Source: Candidatus Dojkabacteria bacterium (lineage in GTDB: Bacteria; Patescibacteriota; Dojkabacteria; J137). From it: a DNA stretch of 64,000 nt. The DNA is taken from the NCBI GenBank assembly GCA_040006935.1, contig JBDTVZ010000003.1, positions 139,988 through 203,987 on the forward strand. Reading direction: 5' to 3'. Each line of letters starts with the position of its first letter. Positions within the stretch are counted from its first letter, which is position 1. Shown piece by piece: positions 49,253-57,133 of the stretch. Made by a program: the position numbers and the translations under genes. Under the pieces are notes generated by a model, which saw only the letters and a program-made list of their open reading frames with translations, was not told where the DNA came from and did not search any database.

Positions 49253-50209
49253 ATGCTAAATGAGATTAGAGATATTTTATTATCGATAGTTCTATTTATT
49301 TTTTTTAAACCTGTTCTTCTTGTTGGTAGACTTCTGCTATCTAAGAAAGCTTATAAGGCGCTTTCATTTAAATTAATAACCTTCACTAACAATGTTTTCG
49401 GTTATTATCGAGATCAATTATCCGATTATAATAAAATAAAATATGACATGAGGAAATATCGAGATACTTACGATAGAAAAGGGTTAGAATTATATTTTCA
49501 ATTAGTCTCGGCAGAGGATTTATTTTTAAATAAAAAAATCTTAGATTTTGGTTGTGGAGTAGGTGGAAAAGCTTTAGAAATTTTAAAATATAATCCAGAG
49601 CACGTTATGGGAATTGATTTATCGAAAAGAGATATCGATTATGCTAAGGAACTTTTAAATGATTCGAATAAATCAAAATTGTTTTTTGAATATAAAGATA
49701 TTCTCGACCTCAAAGATCCTGAATCATTCGATAGTATCGTATCTTTCACAGTCTTTGAACATGTGGATACTCCCTTGTTATTACCAATTCTTGATAAAAT
49801 GTACGAACTATTAAAAAAGAATGGAAATTTATTAATAGTATTTAATCATTTTAATGATAGATTCGGTTCCCATCTAAAAGAATATATTTTCCATCCATGG
49901 CCTCAAAGTTTATTTGATGAGGAAATGATTTACGAATACTGGAATCAGTCACTAATTTCAGATAAGAACTCAAATGATAATAGTTATTTCCCGAAAAATT
50001 ACAGACATGGAGTAGGAAACCATAATGAAGATTGTTATATAAATCTAAATAAATTAAATATCAGTGATTTCGAGAAGATAATTAAGCAGACTAAATTTAA
50101 ATATGTAGACAGATACGATTATTCTCGATTGAAGATTCTAGATAAGTTAAATTTTCTACCTTCTAAATATCTACAAGGATCTAGTGTTTATTATCTTAAG
50201 AAGGGTTAG
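49253..50209 (+). CDS. Class I SAM-dependent methyltransferase.
   Basis: Motif I ILDFGCGVGGKALEIL. Confidence 0.65.
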   Translation: MLNEIRDILLSIVLFIFFKPVLLVGRLLLSKKAYKALSFKLITFTNNVFGYYRDQLSDYNKIKYDMRKYRDTYDRKGLELYFQLVSAEDLFLNKKILDFGCGVGGKALEILKYNPEHVMGIDLSKRDIDYAKELLNDSNKSKLFFEYKDILDLKDPESFDSIVSFTVFEHVDTPLLLPILDKMYELLKKNGNLLIVFNHFNDRFGSHLKEYIFHPWPQSLFDEEMIYEYWNQSLISDKNSNDNSYFPKNYRHGVGNHNEDCYINLNKLNISDFEKIIKQTKFKYVDRYDYSRLKILDKLNFLPSKYLQGSSVYYLKKG

Positions 50210-50210
50210 A

Positions 50211-51503
50211 TTAATCTAATTTTGTAACAGTGAATTGTGGTTCCACAAATACTTTACCCCAACGTACTTGTTTGTAGTAAACATCAATCTTTTCAAAGTT
50301 TGCAAGTTGATGTAGATCTTGATAATAAGGTGGGTAATCTAAACCTTCACTTATTACAAATGAAACGTAATAAATTCCAGGATTTAGTGGTAGATTTGCT
50401 TCGCATTCATATTCTAAAATATTTCCAATTTTTACTGGTGGGGTTTTTAAAGGCTTAAGATTATATGTTGAATGTAATCCATATAGTTGATGATTAATAT
50501 CATCTTTAATCATTACACCTAATATCATTTGATTGTTTGTATCAATATTAGATTTAACTTTAACTTTGAACTTAAAATTCTGATTACTTTCCAATTTCAA
50601 AGTAGACTTGCCTGTGTGGTCAATAAATTCGTAACTTATGATTTCTGCCTTCTCTCCACCGATTGTATAACTTAACTCATGAGCTCCCACTTCGGTTGTA
50701 TTGTCGTTTTTCTTTTCTTTTTTCTCCTTTCCTTTCACATCTTTTTTACTCGTACCTTCTGTTTCTTGAAATAACTGCTCATATATATAAGTTACCTTGT
50801 CTGGTTTACCATCTTCTACTAATTCATGATGATCAATTAGAATTGCTCTATCGCAAAGATCTCTAACTGCCTGCATACTATGTGATACAAAAAGAATAGT
50901 TTTTTGCTCTTGTTTTAATCTTTTTATAACTTCAAAAGATTTTTTTTGGAAAGCTAAATCACCAACGGCTAAAATTTCATCCAATAAAAATACATCTGCA
51001 TCAGTTTGAATTGCAATTGAGAAGGCTAGCCTTACAACCATTCCACTGGAGTAATTCTTCACTGGAGTGTCTATAAATTCTCTTAATTCCGCAAAATCTA
51101 TAATATCGTTAAGTTTGTTATCTAAGAATTTTTTAGTCATTCCTAGAATTGTCCCGTTTAGATAAATATTTTCTTTACCAGACAATTCAGGATTGAATCC
51201 AACTCCTAGTTCTAGAAAAGGAACTAGTTTTCCATTTATCTTAACTTTACCACCTTTATCGGGAGAATAAATCCCTGCAATGATTTTCAAGAGAGTGCTT
51301 TTTCCACTTCCGTTTTTACCTACAACTCCTACAAATTCTCCTTTTTTTATTTCAAAACTAATATTTTTTAAAGCTTTAAAATGCCTAGATTTCCCTTGAT
51401 TAAAGAAAGAACTAAATAAAGATCTCAGAGTTTCTTTTTTATCATCTCTTAATAAGAAAGTTTTAGAAACATTTTGAATTGTAATTGCATTATCCTTATT
51501 CAT
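50211..51503 (-). CDS. wzt: Polysaccharide ABC exporter ATP-binding protein (Wzt/TagH-like) with a ~160-aa C-terminal extension.
   Basis: GKNGSGKSTLLKIIAG Walker A, LSGG-like YSSGMVVRL, a Walker B; then a Lys-rich linker and a beta-rich C-terminal domain. Confidence 0.8.
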   Translation of the reverse strand: MNKDNAITIQNVSKTFLLRDDKKETLRSLFSSFFNQGKSRHFKALKNISFEIKKGEFVGVVGKNGSGKSTLLKIIAGIYSPDKGGKVKINGKLVPFLELGVGFNPELSGKENIYLNGTILGMTKKFLDNKLNDIIDFAELREFIDTPVKNYSSGMVVRLAFSIAIQTDADVFLLDEILAVGDLAFQKKSFEVIKRLKQEQKTILFVSHSMQAVRDLCDRAILIDHHELVEDGKPDKVTYIYEQLFQETEGTSKKDVKGKEKKEKKNDNTTEVGAHELSYTIGGEKAEIISYEFIDHTGKSTLKLESNQNFKFKVKVKSNIDTNNQMILGVMIKDDINHQLYGLHSTYNLKPLKTPPVKIGNILEYECEANLPLNPGIYYVSFVISEGLDYPPYYQDLHQLANFEKIDVYYKQVRWGKVFVEPQFTVTKLD

Positions 51504-51504
51504 T

Positions 51505-52284
51505 TTAGAAAAATTCCGCTATTTGTTTAACTTTGTAATTAAAATAGATCCAACCTAGAATCACAATTAATACGCTAACTGCGAAGTAAGCCAACATCAA
51601 GGGTAAATTAATATCACCATAAATTCCAAACCCTGCTCTAACCTGATTTAAAATTATTCCAATAGGATTGAATCTTATTATCTTAGCTGTAAATGAATCA
51701 AATAAACTATTGTCCACCACATACATAATTGGTGTTGCCCAGAATAATAGAAAGAATGCGAGTTCGAAAATATTTTTTAAATCTCTAAACCTAACTGTAA
51801 GAATACTTGTAAAAAAAGATAAACCTAAATTAAATAAGAAAATAATCAGTGTCAAAAACAGAACATACAAAATTCCCATTGGGTTTATTTCTTTACCCTG
51901 CAGAACTAATATTATAAAAATGAAAATTAGATTAATGAACAAATTTATTACACCACTAAACAATGCACTGATTATCGCTATCTGCCTTGGGAAATTAACT
52001 TTCAATATAATATGCGCTCTTTCCAATAGTGACATCTGTCCTAGTATTGCGAGCTCATTAAAGTATGTATAAAAAACTATTCCAATTAATAAATATAAGG
52101 GGTAATTTTCTATACTTTGACTTGATATCTTAGACCACACAAAGTACATTACAAGAAATGTAGCGTATGGTTTGATTAAAACCCATAGAATACCAAGAAT
52201 TGAATTCTGATATCTCATCTTAAAACTCGTTTTCACCAGCTCATTCAGAAGGTCAATTTTTGCTCTATCAATTATTTTTGCCAT
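51505..52284 (-). CDS. wzm: ABC-2 type polysaccharide exporter permease (Wzm/TagG-like).
   Basis: 259 aa with 6 TM helices in ABC-2 topology; a 1-nt gap to wzt. Confidence 0.75.
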   Translation of the reverse strand: MAKIIDRAKIDLLNELVKTSFKMRYQNSILGILWVLIKPYATFLVMYFVWSKISSQSIENYPLYLLIGIVFYTYFNELAILGQMSLLERAHIILKVNFPRQIAIISALFSGVINLFINLIFIFIILVLQGKEINPMGILYVLFLTLIIFLFNLGLSFFTSILTVRFRDLKNIFELAFFLLFWATPIMYVVDNSLFDSFTAKIIRFNPIGIILNQVRAGFGIYGDINLPLMLAYFAVSVLIVILGWIYFNYKVKQIAEFF

Positions 52285-52319
52285 AAAAATGATTATATCA
52301 TTAAAGATTGTTCTTTTTA

Positions 52320-55049
52320 TTATTCGTAGTAATACCTAGTATTAACAGCACCATCAGACGTTCTAACAGCTTGGAATAATTTACTACTCATGTAAGCCAT
52401 AGTAATATTGCTAGCCATAGTAATATTTTTAACCCAAGGTTGCCAAGTATTCCCATCTGTTGTATATCGAGTCCAAACAGCATTATCAAACCCTCTGACA
52501 GATTGAAATAATTTTATTGTACTAAATGATTGCATTGAAACCTCGTATGGTGTGGTCCCCCCATCCATAACCCAAGATTGCCAGGTATTCCCATCAGTCG
52601 AGTATCGAGTCCAGATATGATTATCCCACCCCCTCACAGATTGATAAATTCTTGCATTAAATACGCTAAGCGTAGGATTTGAAGGAGTTCCTCCATCTCT
52701 GATCCAAGGTTGCCAAGAAGATCCATCAAAGTATCTGGTCCAGACTGCACCTTCAAATCCTCTCACTGCTTGATACAATCTGTTACCCGTTGGACCACTA
52801 GGATCAAATGAAGCCATACTTATTTCTCCGGGAGTTGTCCCCCCATCTTTAGACCATGCCTGCCAAGCTGCACCATCGAAATACCTATTCCAAACATTAT
52901 TATCTCCGCCTCTCACTGTTTGGTAAAGTCGACTTGTTCCGTATGCTGCCATAGAGATTTTTCCTGCTGTCCCCCCATCATTTACCCAAGGTTGCCAAGT
53001 ATCTCCATCAGTTGTGTACCTAGTCCAAACTCTTCCATCTACACCCTGCACCACTTCAAACAAAAAGTCTTGAGAACCATTATTAAAATAAGCAAGCGTT
53101 GGAGTAATTAAAGAACTCCCACTACTAACCCAAGGTTGCCAAGTATTTCCGTCTGTTGAGTATCTAATATAGACTCTGGAGTCATATCCTGTTACTGCTT
53201 GGTAAACCCTTTCAGTCCCTCCAAATGTAGTCGTAGCCATTGCAACGTCGTAAGGTGTTCCACCATTTCGTTGCCAGGAAGACCAAGAATATTGACTTAC
53301 TGAATTCAAAGCATTTTGCGCATCCAAAAGTCCATAACCTGTATCTAAATCTAAGCCACCGCCGCTACCCACGCTACCATTTGCACTACTTCTCAATATA
53401 GTTTTCACATCTACAGGAGCTAAGGAATCTGACTTGGCTCTTAGCATCACAGCCACTGCTGTTACTTGCGGTGCCGCAAAAGATGTTCCTTCCCAAAATT
53501 TATTACCAAAAGTTGTAAAACTACGAGATGTTACAGGAGTTACAGACCATGAGTCTGCGTCTTGAAAAGTTTGAGCATAAGCTGCACTTCCAGCTACGCC
53601 ACTACCACTTGCGTTCCCAACTGGTGCTACTAAATCTAATCCTGTCCCATAACTTGCATAATCTGCTTTAGTATCTGATGTGTTAGTAGCTCCAACAGCA
53701 ATTACATTTCCATAAGAATTTGTATAAGCTGCCGGATATTCGATAGATGATAGATTTTGATTTCCACTTGCTGCAACTAGAAGCACACCTAATCCATTTG
53801 CATAACTAATTGCACTTTCTACTGTTGCACTTGGTGAAGTTAATCCAGCAATACTTAAGTTTATAACTTTGGCACCGTGATTTGCTGCGTAACGAATGCC
53901 TTGTGCAATTGTGAAAGTTGTACCAGTACCAGTGTAATCTAAGACTTTAATAGGCATAATTGTAGTTTTAAATGCCGCCCCAAAACTGCTAGTGCCATTG
54001 TCCGTTAAAGAGGTGATCATATTTGTTACATATGTCCCGTGCCCATCGTCATCGTTTGGATGACCTTCTTTCGTTACCCATGAGACTTGAGCATCGCAAT
54101 CCGCATTCCATTCAGCATCAGTTGGAATTAAAGCAAGATTATCCACAACAGCTATAAAATCTACACCATGCAAGTCATCGCAAATTAAATTTGCATCGTC
54201 ATCATGGCCTGTGTAATTCTCTAAAGAGTTTGTCCAAATATTTATCCCATTTATTTCCGGTGCAGCAGTAAAGTTTAAAGGAGTTCTGTCGGCAAAAGTT
54301 CCACCACCTAGGTTTTCTCGATAAGTTGCTCCAGTATTTGTTTCGAATGCTAATCCAGTATCAAGCACTGCAACTGTTAATGTACTCGAGCCACCGCAAA
54401 GAGTTCCGGATGGGCAACCTTGATCTTTAAATGCCTCAGGAAGTTTAGTTTTAGTATGGAACCAGTGATTAGTATTATTAAAATCGTTAGGTTTCGCAGT
54501 AGATCCCGTAACTGTCCAACTATCTTTTTTTACAATTTGATCTGTTTCAATATATTCAACAGAATCATCTAAATTAAACCTTGTCATCTGATCAATCTTT
54601 TTATCTTCACCATCTTGATCTTTATCAATTTTTATTAACCTTACATCTTCTCCAAAAAACTTTGTAAATCTTGAAGGCACTGTGTTTTCTGGTGCTACTT
54701 CTTGCGTAACACGATTTGCAGATTCCTCATCGTTGAATTTAACTATAAAAAAATCATTTTTAGACTCTTCAGCAATAGCTTTTTTTACTTTCTCAACAGC
54801 ATTATTAACTTTTTCTTCACCGAAATCTCTGTACCTTTCCTGGAGATTTGATTCTAGGTCTTCTGGAATTTGTCTCGGTGCAAGATCAGTTGCTATTGGT
54901 TCGTTTGTCGAAACAGGCAAGGAAACAACTCCATCTTGTGCAGATAAAGTTCTTGAATGAAATGCAGGCAAGAGAATTAGAACTATAAATAGTAAAGAAA
55001 TAACTTTAGAAGGTGTATTTTTTAATTTTGTGAGTTCGCAATATTTCAT
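52320..55049 (-). CDS. Secreted subtilisin-like (S8) serine protease fused to a C-terminal 7x tandem ~47-aa W-x-x-W repeat (beta-propeller / lectin-like) domain.
   Basis: Catalytic triad contexts VAVLDTGLA (D), HGTYVTNMI (H) and GTSFAAPQVTAV (S). The C-terminal 322 aa contain seven copies of ...(V/L)(Y/F)Q.VRG.D..VWTRY..DG.TWQPW..DGGT... The start is set to the Met preceding the signal peptide; the tracked ORF starts at 55142. Confidence 0.8.
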   Translation of the reverse strand: MKYCELTKLKNTPSKVISLLFIVLILLPAFHSRTLSAQDGVVSLPVSTNEPIATDLAPRQIPEDLESNLQERYRDFGEEKVNNAVEKVKKAIAEESKNDFFIVKFNDEESANRVTQEVAPENTVPSRFTKFFGEDVRLIKIDKDQDGEDKKIDQMTRFNLDDSVEYIETDQIVKKDSWTVTGSTAKPNDFNNTNHWFHTKTKLPEAFKDQGCPSGTLCGGSSTLTVAVLDTGLAFETNTGATYRENLGGGTFADRTPLNFTAAPEINGINIWTNSLENYTGHDDDANLICDDLHGVDFIAVVDNLALIPTDAEWNADCDAQVSWVTKEGHPNDDDGHGTYVTNMITSLTDNGTSSFGAAFKTTIMPIKVLDYTGTGTTFTIAQGIRYAANHGAKVINLSIAGLTSPSATVESAISYANGLGVLLVAASGNQNLSSIEYPAAYTNSYGNVIAVGATNTSDTKADYASYGTGLDLVAPVGNASGSGVAGSAAYAQTFQDADSWSVTPVTSRSFTTFGNKFWEGTSFAAPQVTAVAVMLRAKSDSLAPVDVKTILRSSANGSVGSGGGLDLDTGYGLLDAQNALNSVSQYSWSSWQRNGGTPYDVAMATTTFGGTERVYQAVTGYDSRVYIRYSTDGNTWQPWVSSGSSLITPTLAYFNNGSQDFLFEVVQGVDGRVWTRYTTDGDTWQPWVNDGGTAGKISMAAYGTSRLYQTVRGGDNNVWNRYFDGAAWQAWSKDGGTTPGEISMASFDPSGPTGNRLYQAVRGFEGAVWTRYFDGSSWQPWIRDGGTPSNPTLSVFNARIYQSVRGWDNHIWTRYSTDGNTWQSWVMDGGTTPYEVSMQSFSTIKLFQSVRGFDNAVWTRYTTDGNTWQPWVKNITMASNITMAYMSSKLFQAVRTSDGAVNTRYYYE

Positions 55050-55128
55050 ATTAATACATTGTTTTGATGAAATTTTACATACAATCCAAAGAAAAGTACA
55101 ATGATATATATATTTATTAGTAGTTAGT

Positions 55129-55548
55129 ATGAATTTCTTCACAAGAAATATTATCCCAGGATGTGTTTCTATATTAATATCCCTAGTATTGTCTGTTTGT
55201 ATAGGTGTAGTTTATTGGCAATTTAGCGTAGCTTCCACCTCGGCGTTAAAAGATCAATCAGGTGTAGGTGCATATGGTTTCGCAATGATTTGTCTAATTA
55301 TTTGTTTGCTTCCAGTAGTAATGATAGGTATGAATGTTCTGATAACATTATTTTTCTTTAAAAATGAGAAAAAACTTTTACCTGTAAATATATTAGTCTC
55401 TATAGTATTAGCATTTATTCTTCTGATATGCAGTGGAGTGACTATTGTGGGTTATTCCATAGTTTCAGGAAGCTATTTACAACGTTCTGCAGAAGGAACC
55501 TGTCACGGATTGGATTGCTTTAGAGGAATTTATACGAGAGATTATTAA
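55129..55548 (+). CDS. Hypothetical 4-TM membrane protein.
   Basis: Hydrophobic segments; no motif recognised. Confidence 0.35.
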   Translation: MNFFTRNIIPGCVSILISLVLSVCIGVVYWQFSVASTSALKDQSGVGAYGFAMICLIICLLPVVMIGMNVLITLFFFKNEKKLLPVNILVSIVLAFILLICSGVTIVGYSIVSGSYLQRSAEGTCHGLDCFRGIYTRDY

Positions 55549-56048
55549 CTAAAAAGAGTTAGATCCTTTTCTTGGCTATCGCTAGATAAATTAGGATCTA
55601 ACTTTTTCAAAAAATCAATTTGAGATGGGTTAATTTTCTTTGATGCTGTTTGCAAGTCAAACCATTCTCCCTTATCAACTTCTGGAATCTGCATCTTTTT
55701 ACCAGATTTAGGCGGCCAGTCTATTACTATTAGATTACTTTTGACTTGTATGTCTCCAAAGTCGGTTTCGTAAGCAAAGGCATGTATAATTTTACCTGAT
55801 TTCATTCTAACTTCTCCGATATCTTTAAATTTAGATATGTCGATTTGTAGATCTAAACCTAATTCTTCTTTGACTTCGCGAATTGCTGTATCTTTTAAAT
55901 CTTCACCTTCCTCTACTAAACCTTTAGAAATACTCCAAGCACCTGAATCTTTTTTTGCCCAAAAAGGTCCACCTGGATGAACAAGAAAGACCTTTGGAAT
56001 ATTAGAATCTTTTTTGAATAATAAAATTCCAGAAGAAATTTTATTCAT
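55545..56048 (-). CDS. NUDIX hydrolase.
   Basis: Nudix box GLVEEGEDLKDTAIREVKEELGL (G-x5-E-x7-REVxEExGx). Confidence 0.8.
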   Translation of the reverse strand: MNKISSGILLFKKDSNIPKVFLVHPGGPFWAKKDSGAWSISKGLVEEGEDLKDTAIREVKEELGLDLQIDISKFKDIGEVRMKSGKIIHAFAYETDFGDIQVKSNLIVIDWPPKSGKKMQIPEVDKGEWFDLQTASKKINPSQIDFLKKLDPNLSSDSQEKDLTLFS

Positions 56049-57112
56049 AGTGGCAGATTATTTATATTATTATCTTCTGAATTTCGTACGATAAAATCAG
56101 TTAGACTCATTACAGGGGCTAGGTTAACGTCTTGCTTTATTATGTTTTTCAAATCTACGACAATATGCTTTATTGCTTTCTGAGTATTACTTGAAACATT
56201 TGTTATTGCTTCTAAAACTAGAACAAATTCAATTAATAATGTAAAGGTGATTCCTGGATTTATTATTGAAGTTTTTTCTAGTAAGTTCCTCTCTACAAAA
56301 ATGATCTCGTTAATTTTAGTATAAACATATTCCTCTGTAAGCTGCTGATTACTAAAGCCTCCAACTTGCAAAATAAATGCTGTTAACCTTTTCCCTGCCC
56401 CTACTATATGTTCATCTTGAAGCAATTCTTCGATTGTTGCACCATTATATTTATCCAATTTCTCTAATTTGTATTTATCTTCCCTCCAACCACCATGAAT
56501 ATTTATAATTAAATTCCTAAGCAAGTCATTTTGGTCCAATTGATCCATTGTAGCTCGTATAGTTGCGCTCGATGTAAGGTTATCGATAGCTGTTTTTAAT
56601 TTATTTAAACTTTGTAAGAAAGGCTCTTTGTAATCACTATTAGTAAGTTCAACGAGTGAATTCTGATCGACACTCTGTTCAATCTCTTTCCCAATTAACA
56701 TCATTGCAAGAAAGATAGCCGCGTCCCCCCAGTTATCGTTTGCTACTGCCCATCTTACGGTTAGTTCTTCAATCCACCTATTAAGATTTTCTGGAGTAAT
56801 ATTTTTTAGAGTGTTTTGGACGCTTTCGTATTCTAAAGTAGTCATAGTTTCTTCATATGGATCTAAAAGTTGTAGAAAAAGGGATTTCTTATCCTCCACA
56901 TTCCAGTCAGCATTTTTTACAGCTTGCATAAAATCAAAAGGAAGCATTCCAGGGTGAAATTTTTCTGTTCTTGGATAGCCTGGTTCCTTTCCTACTGATC
57001 TGAGCCCTCTCTTCCAGCTTTCAAACCCAAATCTTGCGGCGGATGTTCTAATTGTATTGTCTATGGAATCTATTTGTTTTTCGTCAACAGATTCCACCAT
57101 GTCATCTATCAT
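56045..57112 (-). CDS. Hypothetical protein, translationally coupled to the downstream NUDIX gene by a 4-nt overlap.
   Basis: Long ORF with no recognisable motif. Confidence 0.45.
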   Translation of the reverse strand: MIDDMVESVDEKQIDSIDNTIRTSAARFGFESWKRGLRSVGKEPGYPRTEKFHPGMLPFDFMQAVKNADWNVEDKKSLFLQLLDPYEETMTTLEYESVQNTLKNITPENLNRWIEELTVRWAVANDNWGDAAIFLAMMLIGKEIEQSVDQNSLVELTNSDYKEPFLQSLNKLKTAIDNLTSSATIRATMDQLDQNDLLRNLIINIHGGWREDKYKLEKLDKYNGATIEELLQDEHIVGAGKRLTAFILQVGGFSNQQLTEEYVYTKINEIIFVERNLLEKTSIINPGITFTLLIEFVLVLEAITNVSSNTQKAIKHIVVDLKNIIKQDVNLAPVMSLTDFIVRNSEDNNINNLPL

Positions 57113-57133
57113 ATCTTTATATGAAATAATTAA

